Below are positions 30,056 through 41,698 of a stretch of 64,000 bases of DNA, one piece after another (position 1 is the stretch's first letter; every line of letters begins with the position of its first letter). Origin of the DNA: an uncultured delta proteobacterium (GTDB taxonomy: Bacteria; Desulfobacterota; Desulfobacteria; Desulfobacterales; UBA2156); assembly GCA_963736855.1 (NCBI GenBank), contig CAVTQK010000009.1:128001-192000 (forward strand), written 5' to 3'. A program made the position numbers and the translations under genes. The notes under the pieces were generated by a model. That model had not been told where the DNA came from and did not search any database. It saw only the letters and a program-made list of their open reading frames with translations.

Positions 30056-30204
30056 GATTAAAAAAAAGCCTGCGGAATTATCGGGGTGACGGATTGAAGA
30101 GAAATTGTCAAAGAAATGCCGGAAAATGTGCCGTCCTTGGTCGGATGAAACGGCCTTCACAGAACAAAAAGAGTTCCTGACAATAAAAAAGGAGAAATGA
30201 AATT

Positions 30205-31509
30205 ATGGCACAAGAACTCGAAAAAGAACCAACGCAAGCGTGGATCACCACATTTGCAGGCACGGCCATCAACCTCTGCTTAGGCATTCTCTATGCCTGG
30301 AGCATGTGGAGCAAAGAATTGATCAGTGTTGAAAAGGCGGGTCAAGTCATGGAAGGTATGAATGCCGGCTGGACCTATTTAACCAACGCCCAGGCGGCAA
30401 CGCCATTTTCACTTTGTGTTATCGTTTTCGCACTTTTCATGATACCCGGCGGCCGAATTCAGGACAAAGTCAGCCCGAAGTTCGGTGCCACGCTGGGCGG
30501 GCTGTGCCTGGCGGCCGGGTGTATCCTATCGGGCGTCATGAAGAGTTATGCCGGTTTGATCATCGGTTTTGGGATTCTCGGCGGTATCGGGATGGGAATC
30601 GGTTATGCCGCACCGACACCCGCGGCCCTGAAGTGGTTTGGGCCGCACCGAAGAGGATTGATCGCGGGTCTTGTGGTGGGTGGGTACGGTGGAGCGGCCC
30701 TTTATATCGGCCCGCTTGCCAAATACTTGATCTCCAATTTCGGACTCTCGGGAAGTTTCATTTATTTAGGGATCTTTTTTGCGATCGTCGTCGTCATCGC
30801 AGGTCAATTGCTGAAGACCCCCCCGGCCGGTTACACTCCGGTGGCTGCCAAGGTGGCGCAAACCGCTGCTCAGGCCGCCGCCTCAACGAAACATAATTGG
30901 GTCTTCGGCGACATGGTCAAGACATGGCAGTTTTATGCGCTGGTCTTCATGTTCATACTCACCACCCAGTCCGGATTGCTGATCATTGCAAATGCCGCCG
31001 GGCTTTTGGCCTCGGCCGCCAAGAAAATTCCCTTTTTCATTGAAAACGCGTGGCTGTTGGTCTCTTTCGGAGGGCTTATAAACGCTCTCGGACGGGTCGG
31101 AACCGGTATGTATTCGGACAAGATCGGACGCGTGAACGCCTATATGCTCAATTGTTCCGTCTCGGCGCTTTGTCTGTTCGCCATTCCTGCCATCGTCGCC
31201 AGCCAGAATGTGTTCTTTCTTTTTGTGTTAGTGGGTGTCGGCTACTGGCAGTACGGCGGTGGTCTGGCGTTGATGCCGGCTTTCACCGGCGATTATTACG
31301 GCCCCAAAAACCTCGGCTTTAACTACGGTCTCGTATTTCTCGGTTGGGGTTGCGGCTTCTTCATGGCCCGCATCGGTGGATGGATCAAGGATGTGACCGG
31401 CAGCCTTAACTATGCATTCTATATTTCAGCCTGTCTGTTGATCGTAGGCGTTATTATAGCCAAATTAAACAAGCGACCGTTGCATACCGAATTCGTCAAA
31501 ACCCAATAG
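30205..31509 (+). CDS. OFA (oxalate:formate antiporter)-family MFS transporter
   Basis: 12-TM MFS; NLCLGILYAWS, GRIQDK.SP, KWFGPHRRGLIAG, G.NYG..F. Confidence 0.88.
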   Translation: MAQELEKEPTQAWITTFAGTAINLCLGILYAWSMWSKELISVEKAGQVMEGMNAGWTYLTNAQAATPFSLCVIVFALFMIPGGRIQDKVSPKFGATLGGLCLAAGCILSGVMKSYAGLIIGFGILGGIGMGIGYAAPTPAALKWFGPHRRGLIAGLVVGGYGGAALYIGPLAKYLISNFGLSGSFIYLGIFFAIVVVIAGQLLKTPPAGYTPVAAKVAQTAAQAAASTKHNWVFGDMVKTWQFYALVFMFILTTQSGLLIIANAAGLLASAAKKIPFFIENAWLLVSFGGLINALGRVGTGMYSDKIGRVNAYMLNCSVSALCLFAIPAIVASQNVFFLFVLVGVGYWQYGGGLALMPAFTGDYYGPKNLGFNYGLVFLGWGCGFFMARIGGWIKDVTGSLNYAFYISACLLIVGVIIAKLNKRPLHTEFVKTQ

Positions 31510-31558
31510 CGGTCTGCTTTTCAGTCAAGCAAGACTATCAAAACACTTCCTCCCGCGA

Positions 31559-31592
31559 AAGCCGTCGACGCCATCAAACGTCGGCGGCTTTC
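31559..31592. terminator. Bidirectional terminator-like hairpin
   Basis: AAGCCGTCGACG-ccatcaaa-CGTCGGCGGCTT between convergent genes. Confidence 0.65.
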
Positions 31593-34500
31593 ATCCAGAA
31601 AGATCCAATGGGTGTCCATCCCCCTCCGGCTCCGAATCGGTCCATCGCTCAACCTTTTCCAGGAGTTTCCGAGGGTCGATCGGCTTCTGTGTATAGTCGT
31701 TCATGCCCGCTTCCCTGCAAAGCTTCATATATCCTTTGATCGCATGGGCGGTTAAGGCGATAATGGGAATTTGATGGTTGATCACCCTCGATTTGGGATC
31801 GCGTATCACCTTGGTGGCTTCGAACCCATCCATTTCCGGCATTTGAACATCCATGAGCACCAAGTCGTAGGGAAGCATTTCGAGCGCGCTGACAGCTTCC
31901 TGTCCGTTGGCCACCACATCGGCCCGATAGCCGTGTTTTTCCAAAATATGGACCACCACTTGCTGGTTGACGACGTTGTCTTCCACCACGAGGATGCGAA
32001 CATTCCGTTGTTTGGACTCCTTGATGGAATGTATTGTCACGAGTTGTTTCTGTTGCTCATCTTTTTCCAGATTTTTCTGCGAACAAACCGTCACCAAGCT
32101 GTCGTATAGTATAGAGGCCTTCACCGGTTTTGTAAGATACGCGGCAAACCCTATTTTTTTGACCCTTGCTCCGTCTCCCAATTGACCCAGAGAGGTGAGC
32201 ATGACGAGAATCGTTTTTTTGAGGACTGGGGATTCTTTGATCTTTTTACCGAGTGTTTCCCCGTCCATGTAAGGCATGTGCATGTCAAGGATGGCGATAT
32301 GGAAAGGTAATCCCTTTTTTGCTGCTTCGTTGAGTTTCACAAGAGCCTCTTCCGGCCCCGCCGCCTCTTCGAATCTGCAGCCCCATGAGGTTAGCAGTTC
32401 TCTCAAGAGGCGACGATTGGTAGCGTTATCGTCCACTATGAGAATCCGCTTTTCTTGAATATCTTCATTAATCACGGTCTCTTTCTCAGCGGCTTTAGGC
32501 TGTTTTTCAAGCTTTGCGGTAAACCAGAAGGCGGAACCCTTTCCTTCCTGGCTTTCGACCCCGATCTCGCCTCCCATGAGTTCCGCAAGTTTCTTGGAAA
32601 TGCTCAGCCCCAATCCCGTGCCTCCATATCGGCGGGTGGTGGAAGCGTCCACTTGTGAAAAAGAATCAAAAATCAGATTAATCCGTTCCTTCGGTATTCC
32701 AATACCTGTGTCCGACACTTTGAAACGGATGAGAGCCGATTGGTCATCTTCCCTTTCAAGGGACGCACGGATGACAACCTCGCCCTGTTTGGTGAATTTG
32801 ATGGCGTTGTTTCCCAGATTGATAAGGATCTGACGGAGCCGGCCTGGATCGCCCTTTACCAGCGCAGGAACATCCGGATCCATGGAACAGACAAGTTCAA
32901 GGCCCTTTTGGTTGGCCATGACCGCCAAGACATCTACAATGTCCTCCACCGTGGAGCTTAAGTTGAAGTTCAATAAATCAAGGTCCAATTTTCCGGCTTC
33001 AACTTTGGAAAAGTCGAGGATGTCGTTGATAACCCGCAGAAGCGATTCGGCGCTGCTGCGCACTGTTTCTGCGAATTGTCGTTGCGGTGGCGTCAATTCC
33101 GTGTCAAGGAGCAAGCCGGTCATTCCCATGACGCCATTCATGGGTGTGCGAATTTCGTGAGACATGTTGGCCAGGAACTCGGACTTGTATTTACTTGTCT
33201 TTTCCAAATCTCTGGCCTTTTGTTCGATTTCCCGGCGGGCCTTGTTCAATTCCTCGTTTTTCGTCTCCAGTTCCTCTTTTTGTTTGATCAGGATCTGTCT
33301 TTTCTGTTCCAGTTCTTCATTCGTCTGCTGAAGCCGATCTTGCTGGGCCTGCAGCGTTGCTTCCGACTGTTTGAGTTGTATAGCCTGTTCTTCCAACTCC
33401 CTGTTGGAGAGCTGTAATTCCTCTTGTTTGCGCTTGAGTTCTTCCGCCTGAAGCTGTGTTTTCCTTAGCAGTTCTTCCATTCGAAAGTGCGATTGGGCCA
33501 AGTTGAAGGCGATGGCGATACTTTCCAAAACATCTATAAAAAAATCGATCGTCTTGTCTGTAAATGTTTGAAAAGAAGCCAGCTCTATAACGCCCTTTGT
33601 TTCCCCGGCATACATAAAAGGGATCACCAGGATATTTCGGGGGGCCGATTTTCCCAGGCCCGATTGGATCGGCATATAATTCTCCGGGGCTTCTGTGACG
33701 AGAATATGCTTCTTTGCCAGCGCTGCTTGTCCCACGAGCCCTTCGCCGAAATCAATCTTTTTCATCAGTTCCTTTCTCTTTTCATAGGCATACGTACCCA
33801 CCGGTGCAAGTTTGTTTTCATCATCCACCAGGAAGAGAGCTCCCACCTGAGCACCCAGATACTCCGACAGGAAAGAAATGATGCTCTCCGCTAAAGCGGG
33901 TATATTGACTTCACCGCGCATGCGGTTGTAGAGTTCCGACTGTCCTGTTTTCAACCAGTTTTGCTCCTGCTGTTCTTCTGTAGCCGTTCGTAATGTGGCC
34001 GTCATGCGGATAATGGCTCTTCCAAGGAGGTCGTTTTCTCCTTTCTTTTCTATGGACCGTTCGAAGTCTCCTACGGCCACTCCTTCACAGACCGCGATGA
34101 AATCTTGAAGATAGCTTACCAGCCGGTTGAATGAGATAGCGGCTTCTGCGAATTCATCTTTTCCGTGAATGTAAAGCTGTTCTTTAATCTCCCCCTGGCT
34201 CATGTTTTCAAACACTTTGAGAAACTTGTTGAATTTACTCCGTATATCCCAACGGAAAAAGGCGGCCAAGATGATGATGACCAGCGTGCCGATGGCCGCG
34301 ATGGTGATAGAGAAAAAGAGGACGCGCCGGACGCCTGCCATGGTCTCTTTTTCCGGGATAAATGTCGCCAGGCGCAGTTCGGATCCGATACTGTACCCTT
34401 GCAGTAAGCTCGCTGTGCTTTTTACCGGGCTAAAGGTGGTATAGTATGCTTCATTTGTCAGGGTGAATCGCTGAATCCCCTCTTCTGTCGATGAGTGAAA

Positions 34501-35256
34501 CCAAGAAATCAATGTATCACTGGTTGGAATCGTTCGGCCGATGAATTCCGGATCGGAGTGACAAACAGCCCGCCACGATTTCACATCGACTAGGGTAACT
34601 TTGGTGCCGCTAAATCCGTTTTCCAGATATCTTCCAAAAATATTGACTACCTTTTCCTGGATTTTGTCCCAATCCAGATATGCCAAGAGAAAACCGTTGG
34701 GCTTACCATCGGTCCCCCTTGTCTTTAGACTAAACAGGTATGTCTGCCGTTGGTTCTGCCCAATCGTGGTCTCTAAAGGATTGCTCGTGTATGTGGCGCA
34801 AAGATCCTGTTTATCTATTAATAGGAGAACATCCTTGATGAGCTGTTCTTTCAACGCGGCCGCATCCCCCTGGTTTTGTTGTCCAAGGGAAGCCGCGAGC
34901 ACCTTGCCTTCCAGGTTAGTCAAGACCAGATTATAGAAGCCCTGATGCGTACGAAGCAAAGATATAAAGTGGTCCTCCAATTCCTTGATGGTTTGAAACT
35001 CGATGGCCATGCCGTATATGTCTTCTCTGGCCCAGTTGGCAAATATTTCTTCTTGGGATTCGATATAGCTGTTGATCTCCTGGGCTCCCTGCCGGCTCAC
35101 GAGCTTCATGATGCGCTCGTTGTTTTCCAAAGAGTTCTCGCGAATCGTCCGGAACGAGTGGTATGTTATAACCAGCATGGGGACGATCGATAAAAGCATC
35201 CCCAAAAGGATTTTGGAGCGAAGGCTTAAGGACGTGAACCGACGAAAAGGGCCCAT
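31591..35256 (-). CDS. Hybrid sensor histidine kinase (TM-periplasmic Cache-like-TM-HAMP-GAF-coiled coil-HisKA-HATPase-REC-REC)
   Basis: [34 protein letters not shown]; two receivers (VDDNATN...LDMHMP; VEDNVVN...MDVQMP). Confidence 0.95.
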   Translation of the reverse strand: MGPFRRFTSLSLRSKILLGMLLSIVPMLVITYHSFRTIRENSLENNERIMKLVSRQGAQEINSYIESQEEIFANWAREDIYGMAIEFQTIKELEDHFISLLRTHQGFYNLVLTNLEGKVLAASLGQQNQGDAAALKEQLIKDVLLLIDKQDLCATYTSNPLETTIGQNQRQTYLFSLKTRGTDGKPNGFLLAYLDWDKIQEKVVNIFGRYLENGFSGTKVTLVDVKSWRAVCHSDPEFIGRTIPTSDTLISWFHSSTEEGIQRFTLTNEAYYTTFSPVKSTASLLQGYSIGSELRLATFIPEKETMAGVRRVLFFSITIAAIGTLVIIILAAFFRWDIRSKFNKFLKVFENMSQGEIKEQLYIHGKDEFAEAAISFNRLVSYLQDFIAVCEGVAVGDFERSIEKKGENDLLGRAIIRMTATLRTATEEQQEQNWLKTGQSELYNRMRGEVNIPALAESIISFLSEYLGAQVGALFLVDDENKLAPVGTYAYEKRKELMKKIDFGEGLVGQAALAKKHILVTEAPENYMPIQSGLGKSAPRNILVIPFMYAGETKGVIELASFQTFTDKTIDFFIDVLESIAIAFNLAQSHFRMEELLRKTQLQAEELKRKQEELQLSNRELEEQAIQLKQSEATLQAQQDRLQQTNEELEQKRQILIKQKEELETKNEELNKARREIEQKARDLEKTSKYKSEFLANMSHEIRTPMNGVMGMTGLLLDTELTPPQRQFAETVRSSAESLLRVINDILDFSKVEAGKLDLDLLNFNLSSTVEDIVDVLAVMANQKGLELVCSMDPDVPALVKGDPGRLRQILINLGNNAIKFTKQGEVVIRASLEREDDQSALIRFKVSDTGIGIPKERINLIFDSFSQVDASTTRRYGGTGLGLSISKKLAELMGGEIGVESQEGKGSAFWFTAKLEKQPKAAEKETVINEDIQEKRILIVDDNATNRRLLRELLTSWGCRFEEAAGPEEALVKLNEAAKKGLPFHIAILDMHMPYMDGETLGKKIKESPVLKKTILVMLTSLGQLGDGARVKKIGFAAYLTKPVKASILYDSLVTVCSQKNLEKDEQQKQLVTIHSIKESKQRNVRILVVEDNVVNQQVVVHILEKHGYRADVVANGQEAVSALEMLPYDLVLMDVQMPEMDGFEATKVIRDPKSRVINHQIPIIALTAHAIKGYMKLCREAGMNDYTQKPIDPRKLLEKVERWTDSEPEGDGHPLDLSG

Positions 35257-35440
35257 GTAATGACTTCTCCTTGGTTTGCGGCTTGTTGCCGATCAATAAA
35301 GCATCGCGCGCTCTGTATACAACGCCCCCGATCTTGCGATAGCTGGAAACATGCAACCAGGCGATACCTGCTCTTGCCTTATCTTCGAAATATCGACGAC
35401 ACCGTGTCGCTACGTCTACAATCATTGGTCGCCGTGGGGT

Positions 35441-36757
35441 TCATCGATTCGGTTTTTCCCCGGGAAGGGCTTCCAGATACGGAGGTTTGCCTGCGGCTGC
35501 ACGCTCGGCGTTCCACTCTTCTCTGGTTTGCGCCGCCTTCTCTCCAGGCATGCTGCTCAGGATTTCGAAGTAATCCAGTTTATATTTATCTCTGAGCACC
35601 ACGGCTTGGGGATTGCATCTAACGGCATAGACCGTTTGTACGGACTGATGATCAAAATACCGCCAAATTTGTTTATCTTTAAGCAGTACGTATTCATGCC
35701 CTTCCAGCGCCTTGATAACGGCGGGCGTGTCAAACGTACCGGCTCTCTTCACTGCGTCTTTATATTCGTACAAGATGGTGTAGGCGGAAGCGCTGGAAGT
35801 GCTTGGATAGCGGCCATATCTGTCTGAAAACCGCGTGACGAATTTTATTCCTAACGGATAGTTGTACTTGTACGGAACTTTCCAAGTCCAGGGAAGCGCG
35901 CCGATGACACCTTCCATGACTTTTGGCCCTCCACCTTCCGCCATTCCCAATGTGAGATTCGGAACGACAATTTGCATATTGTTTTTTAATCCCATAGCGG
36001 TAGCAATACGGATGGCTGTGGACATGTCAGAACCGAACAGAACCAGTACGAGTACCTCCGGTTTGACTATTTTCGCGAAGGCGAGAGCTTTTTTAAAATC
36101 ATTTTCAGTGGCATTTGGAAAAGGCGTCAGTACGCCTCTGTGTATAGATTTGTCTTCCGTGTTGCTGAATTTCCGCACAGACTCTTCCGTGGTCCAGCCC
36201 CACGTATAATCGGCTGTTATGTAGAAATATTTTTTTCCTGCAAAGTTATCGTTCAAGTAACTGGCGATAGCCTTGGCGCCCATCCATGCATTGTAACATT
36301 CTCGAAAGACATGGCGGTGTCCATCACTTCCCGTTGTCGCGTTGGAGTACGTGAGGGTCCCAAAAAAAATAATCCCTTTTTCCTGGCACACCTTCCCTGC
36401 GGCTATAGCAACACTGCTCGCTGAACCCCCAAAAACCATCTTTACGCCCTCTTTATCGATCATCTCCGTGACATTAAGGGTTGTAACATCATCTCTGGAC
36501 TTGGAATCTCGCCAGACAATCTCCACCGGTCGCCCAAGAATGCCTCCAGCGGCATTGATTTCTCCGACTGCAAGTTCCGCCGCACGCCACTGGTCCAGTC
36601 CCTGTACAGAGTAAGGACCTGTTTTCGGATAGTTTAAACCGATCTTGACGGGTTTACCCCAGGCAATAGCGCAAAAGAAAAATATATGCATGCTCGACAC
36701 CATCGCCATGATGATAATGGACGACTTGTTGATCCTAGTCTTCATATTGCACCTCAA
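35441..36757 (-). CDS. LivJ-like (type 1) periplasmic solute-binding protein
   Basis: Signal peptide, VKIGLNYPKTGPYS, EINAAGGILGRPVE, ADYTWG; no permease or ATPase gene adjacent. Confidence 0.88.
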   Translation of the reverse strand: MRCNMKTRINKSSIIIMAMVSSMHIFFFCAIAWGKPVKIGLNYPKTGPYSVQGLDQWRAAELAVGEINAAGGILGRPVEIVWRDSKSRDDVTTLNVTEMIDKEGVKMVFGGSASSVAIAAGKVCQEKGIIFFGTLTYSNATTGSDGHRHVFRECYNAWMGAKAIASYLNDNFAGKKYFYITADYTWGWTTEESVRKFSNTEDKSIHRGVLTPFPNATENDFKKALAFAKIVKPEVLVLVLFGSDMSTAIRIATAMGLKNNMQIVVPNLTLGMAEGGGPKVMEGVIGALPWTWKVPYKYNYPLGIKFVTRFSDRYGRYPSTSSASAYTILYEYKDAVKRAGTFDTPAVIKALEGHEYVLLKDKQIWRYFDHQSVQTVYAVRCNPQAVVLRDKYKLDYFEILSSMPGEKAAQTREEWNAERAAAGKPPYLEALPGEKPNR

Positions 36758-36803
36758 TTTGGTTGTCGATCATGCAATCTCAGGTTTTGCGCCCCTTATG
36801 CCT

Positions 36804-37400
36804 CTAATTGATTTTTTGAAATAACTTTACCAGATCGAGTCGGTTAACCACTTCAGTTAAAAGTTCCCCAAGAACAACTTCTGCCTGTTCTTTTCCAACA
36901 AGCTCAAAGCGCTCCGCTTCACCGCTGATGATTTCGTTGGACAGCTCTTTACCGTCCTTCATCAAACGGGCGTCATATGCCAGGAACACCCGCCATTTCC
37001 GGTCCAAACGATCTAGTAAAAAGGACCTCAGCGCAAGGGAAATCCCGGCAGATGTCTCCCCTTCCGGAACCACCTGAATTCCTTCATTTCTCAATCGGCT
37101 TTCCATGGCTTCTTTAAGTAGAGCCGGAGCATTATATATCCCTTTTTTACTACCTTCCGCCGCTCCCTTGGCAACGGAGAGTGCAATATCCTCCGATGTC
37201 TTTTCAAACATTTGCCGGGCTCCTTTTCCAAAAGTCTGCTTCTCCTTTCGTATGTCTTCGGCTCTTATAAAAACCTTTTTTCCTGCCAAAGTTTTCCCTT
37301 CTATCGGCAGTCGATAAGTTAAATGGAGATGAGGGATCGTGGCGCATGAAACCAGAAGAAGAAACCCTGCAATGCCGAAAGCGTTTTTCATTCTTTTCAT
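36804..37400 (-). CDS. Hypothetical lipoprotein
   Basis: Lipobox LVSC after a basic N-terminus; AGGAGG RBS. Confidence 0.7.
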   Translation of the reverse strand: MKRMKNAFGIAGFLLLVSCATIPHLHLTYRLPIEGKTLAGKKVFIRAEDIRKEKQTFGKGARQMFEKTSEDIALSVAKGAAEGSKKGIYNAPALLKEAMESRLRNEGIQVVPEGETSAGISLALRSFLLDRLDRKWRVFLAYDARLMKDGKELSNEIISGEAERFELVGKEQAEVVLGELLTEVVNRLDLVKLFQKIN

Positions 37401-37449
37401 TTGCTTTTTTTCCTCCTTTTCTAAATCCGGTTAAGGGAAAATTCAGAGG

Positions 37450-38328
37450 CTATACTTCTCGGAGTTTATCATGGGCTTGATTTCCGATATCCGTTGAAAA
37501 GCGGTTTGCCATATTCGTGTATCGACCGTATTCCGCATGCCGTCCCCGCTTTAGACACCCGGCGGCATAGACGGTACATTTTTTCCGGAGCATGGCCGCA
37601 GCTGCACGCTTTTGAGATTCAGAAAGTATGCCGGCTTCAATAATTTTGACCAGCGCGCGAATGCGAAACCGATCCAGGCCGGTCGCTCGGGAAAGCTGGT
37701 CAGCGTGTCCTCCGCGTTTGACGGCCAGCGGTTTTGGAATCAAGGCAACGGTGCACCGGCAACTGATCCGAAGCCAAAGGTCGTAATCCTCGCAGGCGGA
37801 AAGGCCTTCGTCGAAAAGCCCCACCTCACCGAAAAGAGACCGTTGCATCATAGCGGCCGAGGGGCTTACCATGCATCGCTCAAGAGATCTTAAAAACAGG
37901 TTATCCGACGATTTGAGATGATATCTCTTGGGATTCACGCGGATCCCCCGGCGGATCCAGATCTCATCGGTCTGGCATACCCGTGCATCCGGATTCGACG
38001 AGAAAAAACCGACTTGGGCCGAAAGCTTTCCCGGAAGCCACAAGTCGTCCGAATCCAGAAACGCGACATACCGCCCAGCGGCTTTTTGAATCCCGGAATT
38101 CCGGGCGGCACTGACTCCCCGATTGGGTTGAAAGTATGCCCGGATGCGAGAGCCGTACGCATCCAGGATTTGACCGGTTTCATCCGTGGAACCGTCATCG
38201 ATGACGATGAGTTCGAAATCGTCAAAATCCTGGCCGATAACGCTATCCAAGGCCTCTTTCAGGATCCATCCCCGATTATACGTCGGGATGATTACACTGA
38301 TCAGCGGGTGTCCATTCTTTTTTTGCAT
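37450..38328 (-). CDS. Glycosyltransferase family 2
   Basis: ISVIIPTYNR, IDDGSTD, GVSAARNSG, FLDSDD, EDYDLWLR. Confidence 0.92.
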   Translation of the reverse strand: MQKKNGHPLISVIIPTYNRGWILKEALDSVIGQDFDDFELIVIDDGSTDETGQILDAYGSRIRAYFQPNRGVSAARNSGIQKAAGRYVAFLDSDDLWLPGKLSAQVGFFSSNPDARVCQTDEIWIRRGIRVNPKRYHLKSSDNLFLRSLERCMVSPSAAMMQRSLFGEVGLFDEGLSACEDYDLWLRISCRCTVALIPKPLAVKRGGHADQLSRATGLDRFRIRALVKIIEAGILSESQKRAAAAMLRKKCTVYAAGCLKRGRHAEYGRYTNMANRFSTDIGNQAHDKLREV

Positions 38329-38358
38329 TCTCGATAGGTATCTGCTAATCTTTTTCTG

Positions 38359-38781
38359 ATGATCCTATTCGACGGCACCTATCGCTTGGGAAAATACACC
38401 AAGAAAACGACTCGCCGGTCCAAAGACATGGGGCCTTCCTGGCGGATTCGCATCATCGATTTGTCCTCGGACACCCCGGATTTGCGACATCTCAGGCCCG
38501 TCATCGTGCATGTGACCCGAAACCCGGGTAGCGTCTTTCCATCCGATTGTGCCAATTCCCTCGGAGCCAGAATTCTGCGGGATTTCGATCTTGAAACCAA
38601 AAAGGTACTCTGGATCGAAGAGTGCGGAGATGTCCCTCATGCCGTGAGGGTAGCCATATTCCGGCCGAAACAGTTTTTGGGAGACCAAACATTTTATTCC
38701 ATCGACTGGCGCCCAATCCAAACCAATGAACGTCAGGCACTCCAGAGGTTTATCCCTGAAGCAGGTCTTCCCTCCCTTTAA
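38359..38781 (+). CDS. Hypothetical protein (140 aa)
   Basis: Fills the gap between opposite-strand genes; protein-like composition. Confidence 0.6.
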   Translation: MILFDGTYRLGKYTKKTTRRSKDMGPSWRIRIIDLSSDTPDLRHLRPVIVHVTRNPGSVFPSDCANSLGARILRDFDLETKKVLWIEECGDVPHAVRVAIFRPKQFLGDQTFYSIDWRPIQTNERQALQRFIPEAGLPSL

Positions 38782-38790
38782 AGGCCGGGC

Positions 38791-39591
38791 TCACGTTGTT
38801 TCCCGAAGATATTCCAACACCGAGTTCAGATTTTCCGGAGAAACCACCAAAAGCGGTGCATCCACTTTGCCCCGCCCCACATGATCGTTGAGATAGAATG
38901 CGTTTCCATCCATTTGATAAATTTTACCACCCGCCGCCTCGATGATGACCCCGACGGCGGCCAAATCCTGATACGATTCATTGAAAACAATGGCCCCTTC
39001 CGCCGATCCCATGGCCACATAACAAATATGGGCGGAAGTACACCCAAGGCTCCGGATTTTTCCGGGGAATCCGGATCGATATCTCTGGTGGAAGCGGGAA
39101 TAGATCAACAGGAGGCTTTCATTATTCAGTGATTCCTGCTCCGATATCCGAATCTCCTTTTCCCCCAGGTATGCTTTTTGTCCTCCCACTGCATGAAACA
39201 GATCGCCGGTGGCCGGCATATAAAACGCTCCGAAAATCGGCCAGTAATTTTCAAGGATGGCAATGGACATCCCCCAGATGGGGATCCCGGCCTGGAAATT
39301 GGCGACTCCGTCTATGGCATCGAATACCCATAGGAACTTTTCTGCTCCATGGGTGTAGGCTTCGATTTGCTGGTTATTCTTGTAAACCTGATGGGCGGGA
39401 AATCGGTCCTGGATCTGCGTTTCGAATAAGTCCACCAGAAGAATTTCCGCCTGGGTGACCAGTTCGCCATCAAACTTCAGGTGAATCCTCCGATTTCCGT
39501 AAAAAGAAAGGGCTTCATCCCCCAGTTGATGAATCAATTCGGTTGCAAATCGAGTCAATGTCTCCAGATTATCGCCTTGATCCATTGCCAT
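38791..39591 (-). CDS. Inositol monophosphatase (FIG) family protein, divergent
   Basis: WVFDAIDGVANFQAGIP.W, RSLGCTS.HICYVA.G, QDLAAVGVIIEAAGG. Confidence 0.82.
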   Translation of the reverse strand: MAMDQGDNLETLTRFATELIHQLGDEALSFYGNRRIHLKFDGELVTQAEILLVDLFETQIQDRFPAHQVYKNNQQIEAYTHGAEKFLWVFDAIDGVANFQAGIPIWGMSIAILENYWPIFGAFYMPATGDLFHAVGGQKAYLGEKEIRISEQESLNNESLLLIYSRFHQRYRSGFPGKIRSLGCTSAHICYVAMGSAEGAIVFNESYQDLAAVGVIIEAAGGKIYQMDGNAFYLNDHVGRGKVDAPLLVVSPENLNSVLEYLRETT

Positions 39592-39761
39592 TTTGCCTCC
39601 TTTTACAGCGTTTCAATTAAAAATTTCCAGCATTCATAAAACAAATTATCAAATAACTATCCAATATGAAAATAAAAAATGAAAAATTCGCTGCTGAAAT
39701 GAAAGCCGACAGAATATTTAATTAAACATCCGGAGGCATCGGGTTCATAGGTTTTCGTTTA

Positions 39762-40853
<1,092 letters not shown>

Positions 40854-40948
40854 GCGACAAGACGGAGCGAAAAAATAGATCTACACAGTCTTCAATAGCG
40901 GCAGAGCGTTTTTTAACACCACGGAATCCTCTGATTTTTTATAGTCGA

Positions 40949-41506
40949 TCACCGACCGCCGAACTCGTTCAGATGAATGAACTCTTCCTTTTCCCGGCGT
41001 TTGGGCGCTTCGGTCTTTTTAGCCGGATAGCCAATCGGGATATAGGTCACCAGTTCATAACCTAGGGGCACATTCAGGATCGCTTTCCCCCGATCCTGAT
41101 CGAAGAGGCCCACGATCACTGTTCCCAGTCCATAGCTATGAGCGGTCAGACATAGCGTTTGGGCGACGATGCCGAGATCGAACATGAACCAATCTCCGAA
41201 CTTGGTGGTAACTTGATCCTTATAGTATCCCGAACTCTTCAGCTTAGCGCATAGCGCCAGAACGACCGGGGCATGGACCATGGCGCTTCTCGCCGGGTTT
41301 CCCTTTTCAGGGAGGGTGGCCTGGAGCTTTTCCTTGACGGCGGCATCTTTCACCACCACCACTTCCCAGCATTGGGTATTGGCCCAGGATGGCGCCCATC
41401 GGACGGATTCCAACACCTGACCCAGGGTTTCTTCCGGGATGTCTTTCTCCTCATATTTCCGAACACTTCTACGTTCCTTGACGATTTCCATGAAGTCAAA
41501 CATCAT
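40949..41506 (-). CDS. Nitroreductase family protein
   Basis: RRSVRKY, APSWANTQCW, LGTVIVG, IPIGYP; start at MMFDF with an AAGGAG RBS. Confidence 0.9.
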   Translation of the reverse strand: MMFDFMEIVKERRSVRKYEEKDIPEETLGQVLESVRWAPSWANTQCWEVVVVKDAAVKEKLQATLPEKGNPARSAMVHAPVVLALCAKLKSSGYYKDQVTTKFGDWFMFDLGIVAQTLCLTAHSYGLGTVIVGLFDQDRGKAILNVPLGYELVTYIPIGYPAKKTEAPKRREKEEFIHLNEFGGR

Positions 41507-41529
41507 TTCTCCTTTTGAATTTCGTTTCA

Positions 41530-41691
41530 TCACGACCGGTCTTTTTGGCAGATGCAATCGTGCTCTCCACAATGGGAACAGGTATAGGTCGCGACTTTTT
41601 CTTTTGACTTTTCCCTTCTCGACAAAGCCAACCACAACAGGATCAACGCGATTGCAAATCCAATGATCGCAAACAGATAACCCCACATCAT
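41530..41691 (-). CDS. Small membrane protein with C-terminal Cys/His cluster (53 aa)
   Basis: MMWGYLFAIIGFAIALILLWLAL-SRREKSKEK-VATYTCSHCGEHDCIC; fits tightly between two same-strand genes. Confidence 0.6.
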   Translation of the reverse strand: MMWGYLFAIIGFAIALILLWLALSRREKSKEKVATYTCSHCGEHDCICQKDRS

Positions 41692-41698
41692 CGATTTC

